In this document: positions 1-12,489 of the stretch, piece after piece
Numbering within the stretch: position 1 is the stretch's first letter
Layout of the letters: each line of letters begins with the position of its first letter
DNA from: Octopus vulgaris
Taxonomy: Eukaryota
Reading direction: 5' to 3'
Assembly: GCA_951406725.2 (NCBI GenBank)
Contig: OX597833.1
Span: 43,214,001-43,278,000, forward strand
DNA length: 64,000 nt
Translations under genes and position numbers: made by a program
The notes under the pieces: model-generated
Databases searched by the model: none
Seen by the model: only the letters and a program-made list of their open reading frames with translations
What the model was told of the DNA's origin: nothing

Positions 1-307
1 ATATTTCTTTGCTTTGTCACGAAGCCAAAATAGAAACAATACTTCAGGGTACAAGTAATAACATAGACGAGCATTCTGATTACGTAAACATATATATAAT
101 TGTACACACACATATATCTATGTATGTGCGTAGATATATAGATGTATGTATGTGTATATGTGTGTGCATATATATATACTATATATATGTGTATGTGTGT
201 GTGTAAATATATATGTGTGTATATATACATATACTTAGACAGGCATACACAACCATATATATATACATATATACATAATATATATATATTTATACGTATA
301 ACATACA

Positions 308-535
<228 letters not shown>

Positions 536-538
536 ATA

Positions 539-832
539 CGTGGCCTGATCAATAACTATCCGGAACATTGCTTGCTATAGTAACAGAAACTAAAGCACGG
601 AAGGTAAAGCCACTTAGCACAGATTGACCTTAAACTGTGTTGTACATGCGCACTAAGTTGTTTTAACGTCATTCCTCACTTCCGCTGTTTACAGCAATAG
701 TTGGAAGGAAGATGTGTAGCGTGTGATCGTTGCTTTGACCATGACAGAGAAATTTGAGCAGAGAATCTCTATCAATTTTACCAGAAGCTTGGCAATACCT
801 GCTCAGAAGCCTACGCAAAGTTTTCAAAAAGT
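539..832 (+). mobile_element. Mariner 5' fragment (TIR plus transposase N-terminus)
   Basis: TA|CGTGGCCTGATCAATAACTATCCGGA resembles a mariner TIR. ATG at 741 reads MTEKFEQRISINF, then frameshifted QKLGNTCSEAYAK, like a mariner N-terminal HTH. Confidence 0.65.
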
Positions 833-1879
833 CACGTAGTGGGACTGAACCCAGAACCATGTGGTTGGAAAGCGAGCTTCTTACCTTCCATAAAATATCG
901 GTTCTTTGTTCCCTTTCTGTGTCTTAATCAAGGAGAGAGGCATTTCTTTTCTGAGATGTTCTGTTCCACAGTTTACTGATGAATAGAGAACCTAAATCCT
1001 CTGTTCTTTGTGACTTACAATTGTTCAGTGATGCTCACTCTGGCAAATACTATCAACCCTCCCCCAAACAAAGAAAAACAATTTCTTACCTATAGAGTTT
1101 GCATACAAAGTAATTCTTTTTTCTTTACCGTAGAGCAGAGCAAGCTTAAAAAGATGAAAACTATTACCTTTTATTAAACATGGTAATATGTTTGCTCTCT
1201 TTTCAATCCTCACTTGCCCACCAGGAGAGCCTTCCCACCTATAAAAAGAACAGAAGTAGGTCAAGGTGTATAAGAAGTCATGTTCTCTATTATCTCACCA
1301 CTTCTTCGTCTGCCTGCCTGTCTGTCTGTTTGCCTGTCTCTCTCCTCTTCTCTGTCACTGTCTCTATCTCTCCTTCTATTTTCAACCCTCTCAATAAAGA
1401 ACGTTATGAACGAACGTAAAATTGTAAAAAGCGATACCAGGGAGAGAATAACGTTAAGTTACGATCTAGAACAATTGTTTTAACTATATTTTACATCTTC
1501 ACGATTCTCAGTTTACCGTAATTTTTCCGTATGCCATTTATTTTCGAAAGTATACACTGGTTTGCTATTAATTTTACCAAGTGTGTTGAAGCAGAGTGTC
1601 AGTGTAGACTTTAAAGCCTACTGTCTCATCTCTTATCATTCCTCTCAAAAAATACGGCTAAATGCAACTGATAGATAATAAAATAACTCCCGAAGTATTA
1701 ATAATAAATAAATTACCCGCACCTAATCTTGTCTCTATCTCTCTTTATTCCCCTCTCTCATTCTGTATATATGCTTGTGCGTGTGTGTGGATGTGAGTTC
1801 ATAAATACATATATACTTATACAGTAACATATATAAACACATATATACATATATACACACACCTATATATGTATGTAAG

Positions 1880-1922
<43 letters not shown>

Positions 1923-2367
1923 TTATGTGTATATATATGCATATATGCGTGTGTGTGTGTGTGCGTATTATGTTTGTTTTATTCCACACACATTTTATCC
2001 GGAAAAAACAGTTGCATTGCATAATTAATAAAGAATTTAATATGAATTATCCATATATGGACAATGGTTTCCGAATATATATTTCCCACATCTGCTTGCT
2101 GAAAGATTCCGCCGCTCTCGTTTTTATACTCACACCTTTTCCCTGTATGTGTTTGTGCCTCTGTGTGTGCGTGACTAAGCGGCGTGTGTGTGTGTGTGTA
2201 AGAGTGCACAAACAAGCATTTGTTTTTTTACATACATAAATATTCACATATTCGATATACATACATATATACTATATAGTATTATATTATATGCAGAGAG
2301 AGAGAGAGACAGGGGGAGGGAAAGAGAGGGAAGTGTATATACTGGTATATATGTATATATATATATA

Positions 2368-2761
2368 CTAGCAGTATCGCCCGGCGTTGCTCGGGTTGTA
2401 AGGGAAATAACTATATAAGCATTTTTAGAGAGTTATAGCCAAAAAATAGCAAAAAAATGCATTAAAAATTGAAAAAAAATTAAGGTAAATTTTTTTTTTA
2501 AATCGTTGACACATCGTAGATATTTTTAGAGAGTTACTTCCCTTATATAAAAGCGAAAAAAATGCATTAAAATGGAAAAATATGATGGTAAATTTTTTAA
2601 ATCGTAGACTCATCGTAGACGCGCGCTAATACCCAGAAGGGCTCGATATGAATCACGACTATAAGATACCCGCTTTTGGTTAAACTGCACGGCAAAATGT
2701 GGGAGTAGTTACGAATCTAAATCGAAGGGGACAGACACACAACTTCACTCTTATATAAAGA
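2368..2761 (-). mobile_element. Non-autonomous Helitron-like element
   Basis: Minus strand starts A|TC and ends with a CCCGAGCAACGCCGGG hairpin then CTAG|T, the canonical Helitron termini. Confidence 0.75.
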
Positions 2762-2769
2762 TGCTTTTT

Positions 2770-3090
2770 TTTTTCAGTCATAGAGTTAGATTTATGAAGG
2801 TCTTCAGTAGAAAATCCTTCGAATTCTGACTCGCTGCTTGATATAATGAAATTCGTATCCATTTTTTGTCAGAATTACAAATTTTGAAAACACAATAGGA
2901 ACAAATTTCGGAAAAAAATCTCCCATAATTCACGGAATTAAAATTACACTTCGATTTTTGTACAAAACTGTATTTGAAGTGTTTACGAAGTATAATACGT
3001 GTTTTCACGAATGTACTAAAGAGATTTGCTCTGATATTCTCATTTAAATATGAATAGGTAAATTCGGGCGGTTTGGTAACGAAAGGGTTT
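2770..3090 (-). mobile_element. piggyBac-like 5' end fragment
   Basis: Minus strand starts AACCCTTTCGTTACC. The acidic peptide MDTNFIISSSESEFEGFSTEDL resembles piggyBac N-termini. Confidence 0.45.
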
Positions 3091-3531
3091 ATATAAGTGT
3101 CGTCTGTTTATACATAAACACTGTTTCATACTTTCAGTTTAGTCTTCCTCAAATCACTCTGTCGCTAATTTACTCTCTTCCAAGAACATTTTCACTCACT
3201 GTTATCTGTTAGCTTCCCATACATTTTACTCATGTATCTATCAGCGTGATAGACAGAAACAAATATTACATTTACTTTCATTTTATTCGTCGCACACTGT
3301 GTGTGTGCGTTTGCGTGTGGTGTAAACCAGACTAAGAAAAGCATTTGACACACACACCAGAATGTGAGTTTTCTGTAAATTTTGCTTAATTGGAGTTTAA
3401 ATTTTAAAAACTGGACCTGGCATGACCTACTCTTAAAAATGGTAGGTAAATTGTAATTGAAGAAATCCTATATTGTAGATTTGTATAACTCCCAAAGGGA
3501 AGCAGATAAAATCTGCCTTTTATAATAAGAG

Positions 3532-3662
<131 letters not shown>

Positions 3663-3663
3663 T

Positions 3664-3749
<86 letters not shown>

Positions 3750-3752
<3 letters not shown>

Positions 3753-3920
3753 TGTGTCTGTGTTTGCATGTCCCCGTAACTTAGCGGTTCGGCAAGAGAA
3801 ACCAATAGAATAAGCACCAAGCTTACAAAGAATAAGTCCTGAGGTCGATTCGTTCGATTAAAGGCGGTACTCCGGCATGGCCGCAGTCAAATGACCGAAA
3901 CGAGTAAAAGAATAAAAGAA
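3750..3920 (+). mobile_element. tRNA-derived SINE family A, 3' half
   Basis: Matches the shared 3' segment (GTCCCCGTAACTTAGCGGTTCGGCAA...GAGTAAAAGA) seen in many copies in this window. Confidence 0.85.
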
Positions 3921-3940
3921 TATCGTAAAGAAGAAAATGG

Positions 3941-4307
3941 AGAGTTTGAACATATCATATCAGTTTATTTACACTTTGTCAATTGTATAAGCCTACAATT
4001 GTTTCCATATCCAACTTCATTCAAGTTACAATGAAAATCAACATTGCATTATGAAATAACGAAAGTAGATATTTCTTCAGGGTAAAAATTGACACGAAAG
4101 TTTTTATATCCTAATAGATTGGATGTTAATGAGTACACAATCTATTTGGATGTAAACACTTTCGTGTCAATTTTCGCCCCAAAGAAATATCTTCCTTTGC
4201 TATTTCATAATGCAATTTTAATTTTAATTGCAAATTTTAATTGTAACTTGAATGAAGTTGGATATGGAAACAATTGTAAATAAACTGATATGATATGTTC
4301 AAACTCT
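3941..4307. repeat. Long imperfect palindrome (about 180 bp arms), hairpin element
   Basis: AGAGTTTGAACATATCATATCAGTTTATTTAC... pairs with ...GTAAATAAACTGATATGATATGTTCAAACTCT. Loop is about 4121-4138. Confidence 0.9.
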
Positions 4308-4384
4308 ATATCTTCTTCTCTATGATATATTAAAACATATATACCCAAATACATCGATGAGAAATACTCCTGAAATATATACGA

Positions 4385-4749
4385 CTAGCACTATGACCCG
4401 GCAACGCCGGGTCATAGTGCTAGTGCATGCATATATAGCTGCATGCGTGCACACATACACGCGAGTACTGTTCAAATCTCCGACCAATCACATACAGCTA
4501 GCTGGCATTCAATTGGCGTATCAAGTTTTAAGCCCTTTTGATTGGGTTTTGGATAGAAAATTCACAAAAAAGTTACTTCTATTAATTTTTTAATGGCTTT
4601 GCGGGGTGACTGGGGAAATGTAAAGATGTGCACGACCACCCTTGGGCGGTTTTGAATGATCATAGAAAAAGCGAGCCCTCTAACTGAAGAATTGTGGATT
4701 TGTATAAAGGACATACACACAGATATTTTGCCGTTTACATATAGAGAGA
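4385..4749 (-). mobile_element. Non-autonomous Helitron-like element with long terminal hairpin
   Basis: Minus strand starts A|TCTCTCTATATG and ends CTAG|T. There is a 19-bp perfect stem at 4384-4424. Confidence 0.7.
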
Positions 4750-4837
4750 TTATACTGGAGTACGCTTGGATATAAACATCCCTTCAAAGAGGAATCTTTC
4801 TCCTCACAAAAAATTATATATATATATGTGCATATAC

Positions 4838-4990
4838 TGCATGGTTGTGTCGTAAGAAATTAGCTTCCCAATCTCATGGTTTTAGGTTTCGTCCCACTTC
4901 GTGCTATCATGAGCAATTATCGTCTCCTATAGAACTGCGCCGATCAAGGGCTTCTGAGTGGATTTGCTTGGCAGAAATCTGTGTGTATAT
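4838..4990 (+). mobile_element. SINE family A head, degenerate
   Basis: GCATGGTTGTGTCGTAAGAAATTAGCTTCCC...GAGTGGATTTG resembles the family A 5' region. Confidence 0.6.
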
Positions 4991-5156
4991 GAGTTCGTGT
5001 GTATGTCTTATGTATGTATGTATGTATGTATGTATGTATGTATGTATGTATGTATGTATGTATGTATGTATGTTGCTAATTCTGTACAAAACATTGTAGA
5101 TCTTTAGTTGGGCTAAAAAGTCACATTCGATCACAGCATATATATACACACACACT

Positions 5157-5197
<41 letters not shown>

Positions 5198-5198
5198 T

Positions 5199-5229
<31 letters not shown>

Positions 5230-6289
5230 GTATGTATGTATATGTGTGTATGTGTATGTGTGTTTGTGTGTCTGTGTTTGCATGTCCCCGTAACTTTGTG
5301 TGTATGTATGTATGTATGTATGTATGTATGTATGTATGTATGTATGTTGCCAATTCCGTACAAAATATTGTAGATCTTTATCTGGGCTAAAAAGTCACAT
5401 TCGAACAGTTAAGCTTCGTGCGATGGCCATACTCGATAACGAGGGGGCAGCCATCATGTATGTACGTATGTTCACGTGAGCACACAGGTGCAAAACAGGG
5501 TGAGCAAAATACAACGTAAAGTACTCTGTAATAGTTTGTGAAATAGTTTTTCATGCTACAATAAATCAGAAATCGTGTGTGTGCGTGCGTATGCGTACGT
5601 GCGCACGATTGTACATATGTATGCGCATTTATTCATACAATCTGCAACTATTTTTTTAAAGAAAAGCCTCCAAATTCGCACATGCTTTCATAACACTTCT
5701 GACTCCCACACCTCTCTCCTTTTCTGTTACCGAAACTCGTTTTTATACGATCTTACATGTCTTCTTCTGTCTTTACTCTCTCTTTCTCCCTCTTTCTCTC
5801 TCTCTCTCTCGCTTTCTTTCTTTGTTTTTCTCTACCTCCCCCCTTTTCAATATTCTCTTAGGCCTTCTTTGTCTCTTCCTTTCATTTTTCATTGCTCCCC
5901 CTCTTCTCCGACTCCTTATCATTTACGTTATAACTCATACTTTAACTCGTTCTAATTCTTTCTCTTTCACTCCTTGCCTTCTCTTTCAATACCATCGCTA
6001 ACATCAACGATAGCAGCAACAACACGAAGAGTACCGCTACCAATCTACCCCTCTACAACTAATTTATACTTGTAACTCATACCCAACTACAAAATTGTTA
6101 CCATTCCACAACAAACCTCACTAAACCATACTGTTGTTGTGCCGACAAAAACATGAAAGCAGGGGAAATAACTCTTGTGTTAGTTACCCGGCTATCTGTG
6201 TCGCTCTCCAACACAGAAAAGGTATAAAACGTGATGCGAACTGATTGGGAGCTAGAAGCATCACTAAGGCTTGGCTCGGTTTCATACAC

Positions 6290-6560
6290 TTGATGGGGCT
6301 GGGACCACTACAATTTAGTGGTTCCAGAGGTGTCATCATGCGTTGAGTCAACCAATGCTCTCCTTCGCTGGCGGTCCCGTGTCAGCCCTTATGCATATTC
6401 CAAGGTGACTGCGGACCTCTGAAGATATTCCTCAATCCCATCCAGCCATCTAGTGCGGGGCCTCTTGCAGCCAGCAACTGTTGCATCGAATAGGAGTAAA
6501 AGCCCTGGTAGGATGATCTAGCGGGGGACGTACCAGCGCATGCGACGGATAACAGATCTT
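6290..6560 (-). mobile_element. RTE-like LINE 3' end fragment
   Basis: Minus-strand translation RPRTRWLDGIEEYLQ...RDRQRRRALV resembles the RTE C-terminal GRP..RW.D...DR..WR motif. Confidence 0.6.
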
Positions 6561-6671
6561 GAAACAGGATTAAAGAGAAACAAAAATTGTGTTGCATCCT
6601 TTAAACCCATTGAAGGGTACAACAACTAAACAACTCTATAACACAAACACTACTCTACAAAGTAGGATACC

Positions 6672-6906
6672 TATTTCTTTATTACCCACAAGGGGTTAAA
6701 CATAGAGGGGGAAAAACAAGGACAGACATAGGTATTAAGTCGATTACATCGACCCCAGTGCGTAACTGGTACTTAATTTATCGACCCCGAAAGGATGAAA
6801 GGCAAAGTCGACCTCGGCGGAATTTGAACTCACAACGTAACGCAGCCGAAATACCGCTAAGCATTTCGCCCGGCGTGCTAACGTTTCTGCCAGCTCGCCG
6901 CCATAA
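6672..6906 (-). mobile_element. tRNA-derived SINE family B with TSD
   Basis: Head GGCGGCGAGCTGGCAGAAACGTTAGCACGCC, B-box GAGTTCAAATTCC. TSD TCTACAAA(G/A)TAGGATACC at 6654-6671 and 6907-6924. Confidence 0.9.
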
Positions 6907-7131
6907 TCTACAAAATAGGATACCATGCTGCAATGCAGTACACCATGGGGTCTACATTTCATTGTAGCACACTTACACTATACTGAAGGATATCCCATTA
7001 GGCTCCATGGTACTACGATACGGTATAGTCAAACATATAAAATATAACATCATAGCGAAACACGCAACATTTAACCACACTAGATATTTTCATATGACAA
7101 CATGTCACACTAAGTATATTATACAGGGTAA

Positions 7132-7420
7132 AGAGTTCCTTCGGTCACGAGTGACCATGAGTTTGCACCTAGAAAGTTTCCCTCCAAGGCACAAATCTAG
7201 GCAAGGTTGCTTGCAAAGGACCAGCAGTCGCCCATGCATATCAGTCTCCCCACTCAACATTACCGATTTTGTTCAAGAGAAAGACAAAGACCGATACTGC
7301 TTGGCACCTGTGATGTCACCACTTGTTTCTACAGGTGAACTAGATCAACGTGAAATAAAGTGTCTTGCTCAAGAGCACAACACACAGCCCGGTCTGAGAA
7401 TCGAACTTACAACCTAATGA
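7132..7420 (-). mobile_element. SINE family C (tail type 3)
   Basis: Carries the CTTGAGCAAGACACTTTATTTCACGTTG core. Its tail is shared with 44665-44947. Confidence 0.75.
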
Positions 7421-7739
7421 TTATGCACTACAATAATATGCACTACACCATATTGTTTTACTCTTGTACACTACACAACATTGTTCTACACTTCACTTTA
7501 TCACTAACATAATATCAACCCTCTGCTATAGCACAGAAAAATCCTTATTAAACATTAATAAAACAAACCAAAGACAGGGATTCAAAATGAAAGATAGTGG
7601 TCTTCTACTCAGAGTATGACTTTGTTCTAATTCTCCTATCAAACACCAGAAAAGTGATGGAAAAATTCAAAAGCTCAAAAATCTCAAGCCGAACTTGTTG
7701 ATGACGCTTGTCAGTGTTAATCTGACAGGTGAGGCACGG

Positions 7740-8012
7740 ACAAGCGCCTTACCACACCGATGCATAGACATCAACTTCTATCTCATGTGGTACATCATAG
7801 AAAGGATGGGTAAAGTGCCTGACATAGGCAAGGCAATGATTAATATAGATCAGTCAAAAACATTTGATAGGATTGACCATTCATATTTGATGGCTCTAAT
7901 CACGGCTGCTTGTTTCGGTCCCGTCTTCGGCGGCTGGATCGCTACCAATGTACAGTGATATCCGCTCGTTGATGAGAATAAATGGTCGTCTATGGGAATC
8001 GTTCGGTATCAT
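7740..8012 (+). mobile_element. Tx1/L1-clade RT fragment
   Basis: INIDQSKTFDRIDHSYLMALITAACFGPVFGGWI matches the L1/Tx1 RT motif D.SKAFDRVDH.YL...L...GFG..F..WI. Confidence 0.75.
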
Positions 8013-8292
8013 GTAAGAGGACGACGATCGCATTACAAAGGTATTTACAGTGTTCCATGAAAATCATATGACTGACTATCTGTGAGGTTTTAGAAATAGT
8101 AAGCATCTGTAAAAGTGCATGTCACATGACTTAAAAAGAAAACTTGCTGATGTATCATGTTCCCCTAAAATTTGTATTGCGTCTGCTGACAGATGTAAAA
8201 AAAAAAAGAAAAAAGAAACCTAATTTGCAGTTATTTAGCAGTTGTTTTGTTCGTTGGAATGCTGATGAAAACTCTCTGAAGAGTTCCTAATA

Positions 8293-9567
8293 TTAGGCCA
8301 TCCCATAAGTTCTGTCCGATTTTACCTTTTTTAAAATTGAATGAAATTTAATAGTATTTTAGAATGTCTAATGGAATTATAAATTATTTTTAAGCATTTG
8401 TGTACACTTAAACTAATTAAATATTATTTTACAAAATAATAGAAATAAAATTTCTTTGATTAAAACCCTTTCTAACATGGAAGTATCCAAAGAGTATTGA
8501 AGGCACATAATGCTTTATGAGTGCAAAAAAGGAAACTCTGCAGCCGAAGCGACTCGAAACATACACTCAGTTTATGGGAAAGAATGCTTGAATGAAAGAA
8601 CTTGCAGAAGATAGCTTGCAAAATTCAGAAGTGGAGATTTCAGCCCTGGAAATGAAGATCGAACAGGACGTCCAGTCGAGTTTGATGCATTACTTGAAGA
8701 AAATCCTGCATTATCAGTTGAAGAATTGACAATAAAGCTTAGTTCAAACCAGTACAACTGTTCATCGTCATCTTCAACAACTTGGAAAGGTTCCTAAACT
8801 TGGAAAATGGGTGCCTCGTGAATTGTCCGAAAGCATCCGCAAATCCCGAGTTGACATCTGCTCTTCTCTCCATTCTCGAGAACTCGTTTTATCCTTTTTG
8901 GATAGACTTGTGACTGGTGACGAAAAATGGATCTTCTATCGAAGTGTTAAACGTCGTAAACAGTAGCTTGGTAAAAGGGAAAAAGCTCAACCACAAACGA
9001 GAAGGGAACTTCATGGGAAAAAGGTTCTTTTCTCTATCCGGTGGGATTGCAAAGGAGTAATTCACTTGGAATTGTTAACACCTAATGCAACAATCAATGC
9101 TCAAGTCTACTGTCAGCAATTAGAGCGTTTGAACCAAGCTTTGAAGAAAAAAAAACACGCTTTAGTGAATCGAAAAGGAGTGACGTTTCATCAGGACAAT
9201 GCGCGACCCCACACTGCAAAGATCACATCACAGAAGGTCGAAGAGCTTGGTTGGGAAAAATAATTATCATACACCTTATTCTTCCGACCTTGCTCCTTCA
9301 GACTACCATTTGTTTCGTAGTTTACAGAATTGTTTGGGGGACATAACCTTCGCAAGCCAGGAGGAGGTCGAAACTGACATTTCAGAGTTCTTCGCTTTGA
9401 AACCAAAAGAGTTTTACATTTATGAGATTAAAAAGTTTGTAAATAGATAGAAAGAAGTCATAGACAATCAGGGAAAGTACATTGATGATTAAATTTCAAT
9501 TAAATATAACATTTGATAAATTGTTTTCTTTATTCAAAATTCGGACAGAACTTATAGGATAACTTGA
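8293..9567 (+). mobile_element. Full-length mariner (DD34D) with pseudogenised transposase
   Basis: TA-flanked imperfect TIRs (TTAGGCCATCCCATAAGTTCTGTCCGA / TCGGACAGAACTTATAGGATAACTTGA). Broken ORF 8477-9492 has WVPREL, VTGDEKW, HQDNARPH and YSSDLAPSDYHLF motifs, with stops and frameshifts. Confidence 0.93.
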
Positions 9568-10120
9568 TATGAAGAAATGTAGGTTTCAATGATTGCAGTG
9601 TCAAAACATAAAGATTGCTTCTTCGTCAATCCAGGTGATCATTGAGAAAGGCAGTGCAAAGAAACAGACATGTGATACAGCTGACTCTCTCCTCCAAGCC
9701 ATCGTACCTTTAAATCTAGCTCCAACAGTTTTTTTTTCTTAAATTATTGTATCCCCAAATCTATCCGAAAGTTTACATATTTCAAGTAATAGAAGAGATC
9801 GAAAAAATTCGCTGCGAGAACTGCTATCAACCATTGCAGCGTAATCCAGTACATGTTCATAACTTAGGAAACCTCGTGGAAGTGGTGTGTCATGAGTGGA
9901 AGCAAGTATTTTGATGAAGACAAGATTAAATAGTAAGTAAATAGAAAAAAATCTGCTTTAAAAGAATTGTTTATTTTTGGAAAGACTGTATTTGTTTGCG
10001 CCTGCGTGTGAAAGTATATCTGTGGATATATACATACATGTATGTATGTGCGTATGTATGTATGTATGTATGTATGTATGTATGTATGTATGTATGTATG
10101 TATGTATGTATGTATGTATG

Positions 10121-10152
<32 letters not shown>

Positions 10153-10289
10153 CGTTCCAACAGAGAAACCTAATTGTTTTTAAACGAATACATTATTGGC
10201 AAATATTCGCAAAATTTATGGATTAAATATATAGAACAATGTATGGCATTTATAAACATAAGTAACACATAAGTAATTGTTCATTTCCT

Positions 10290-11330
10290 TTTGAGAATAA
10301 ACCAAACGAGATACCTCCCATTGGCTCGCTCATGTACTTGTTACCTAGCCTGGAGATTCTGCACTGAGCGCCGCGTTTTCTCTTGAGGTATTACTGTACT
10401 TTTCCAATGAATAGAACCTTTATTTCAGCTGATATACGCACTCTATTGAAGAGAACATTCTCTTTGAGCTACTCTCAAAGAAAATAATCACAAACCGAAA
10501 GATCAGGCGTCCGAGCAGACTACAGCATGTCACCGCTCTGGGAAATGTCATGGACGATAAACATTTCGTTAATGACGCCCATGAAATGTCTTAGCGTTTG
10601 GGCAGTCGCTCTTTATTGTTTGAACCATTCATGCCACACTTTGATGCTAACTTCTCATGTCTTCACTTCTGGGAAAAACAAGTTCTGCAACATTAATAAA
10701 TAGCGATCAACTGCATGTCCTCTCTCTTCAAATAAACATGGCTGTTTTCTACTGAAGTTTGTCACACGGTGCCTGCCACACAATTACACATTTACAGTAA
10801 AAAGGACGCCCACAAAGTTGTCGTGGATCACTTTCCGACAAAAAGAGAAGTTTTGCTTGTTTTTCAAATAAGCTTAGTCACTCATGAGAAGCCAACTATT
10901 CCTGTTATGATCACGTTTGCTGCAAATGCTTTCTGCCTTTCCTAAACACGTAGATTTATTTCTTGCACAATTATGAACTAATGTGTTTGATAATCGATAT
11001 TAAGGTGCATAATCTTTCACATAAAACGATCTGAAATAGCGAGAGCAAACATCTTACTTCAATCAATGTAAACAACGGTTGTTCACTATATTCCTTCTAA
11101 TGGTTTCCTTATACTCTGAAACTCGAATATATCGTACGCTTTCCGATGGCATCTTTCTCAATACTGAATTTGTCAACGTGATATTCTCTACACATAACTA
11201 TAACGTTATCCAGTTAAATATTCTTCTATGTTGTCTTACAGTTAGTCGGACACAGTCGCTCGCTTCGAAATGCAAACAAAACTTCCGCTGCATTCGTGTA
11301 ACCGTATCAATGCATATAAAATGAACGTTT
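10290..11330 (-). mobile_element. Highly decayed Tc1/mariner-superfamily transposase (rosa/DD41D-like)
   Basis: Minus-strand remnants resemble SDEA..NKQN...W...P, WF.Q and ARTPDL..CD.F motifs. Confidence 0.5.
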
Positions 11331-11509
11331 CAGTCGTAAATATTTTTTGCGTTTTGTTCTTAAACTCTATACAAATTTCATTAATGCTGTGCCATAATTT
11401 TTATAATTTTTGTGGAATTGTTTAATGTGCTTCTAACATCTAAATTTCAGGGCTAGCTATGTAAGACACCCTCTTTCACACAGACATGCACACACATACA
11501 CACACACGC

Positions 11510-11540
<31 letters not shown>

Positions 11541-11606
11541 TGTATGTATGTATGTATGTATGTATGTATGCATGTGTGTATGTATGTATAAATGAATGTA
11601 TGTATC

Positions 11607-11975
11607 TCTCTTTTCTCTCTTTTACTTGTTTCAGTCATTTGACTGCGGCCATGCTGGAGCACTGCCTTTAGTCGTGCAGATCGACCCCGGGACTTATTCT
11701 TTGTAAGCCCAGTACTTATTCTATCGGTCTCTTTTGCCGAACCGCTAAGTGACGGGGACATAAACACACCAGCATCGGTTGTCAAGCAATGCTAGGGGGA
11801 CAAACACAGACACACAAACATATACACACGACAGGCTTCTTTCAGTTTCCGACTACCAAATCCACTCACAAGGCATTGGTCGGCCCGGGGCTATAGCAGA
11901 AGACACTTGCCGATGATGGCACGCAGTGGGACTGAACCCGGAACAATGTGGTTGGTAAGCAAGCTACTTACCACA
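11607..11975 (-). mobile_element. SINE family A
   Basis: Near-identical to the copies at 18366 and 50825. tRNA-like head with GGTTCAGTCCC B-box. Confidence 0.92.
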
Positions 11976-12044
11976 TTTTCTAGATGGTGTAGTTTAATTA
12001 TTCATTTTGAATTGATAAAAGGTGGGGGGTTTTCTAATATTTTA

Positions 12045-12128
12045 TATATATATTATATTGTGTGGAATTTGATTTAGTATTTCTAAATTGAATTCTTTTT
12101 CCTTGTAAGTTTGGATTTTATTCCCGTA
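12045..12128 (+). mobile_element. Short tail element between microsatellites (Penelope-like tail?)
   Basis: TTGTG..GAATTTGATTTAGTATTTCTAAATTGAATT..CCTTGTAAGTTTGGATTTTATTCCC matches 24745-24810. Confidence 0.55.
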
Positions 12129-12271
<143 letters not shown>

Positions 12272-12489
12272 TATATACATATATATATATACACACACTC
12301 GTATATACATATATACATACGTACATACGTACATATATACATAAATAATTTTTTATAGGTTTGTCGATAAATGCTGAAGCACGAAACTCTCAGCCCTAGT
12401 GTCACTCTTATTTCTGCCAAATATTACTGACATATATACGTGTGTGTGTGTCTATTTGTGTGTATGTGTTCGTGTGTGTGTATGTATGA

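Noticed and set aside
975-1010. CTGATGA with a weak downstream stem
   Set aside because: It lacks the GAAA core and is likely chance.
8261-8290. CTGATGA followed by a small stem (AACTCT/AGAGTT)
   Set aside because: No GAAA follows the stem, even after removing the adjacent mariner, so it is not called a hammerhead.
11453-11785. Repeated peptide MTTDAGVF..SLSGSAKETDRIST at several loci
   Set aside because: It is a chance frame within SINE family A, not a gene family.
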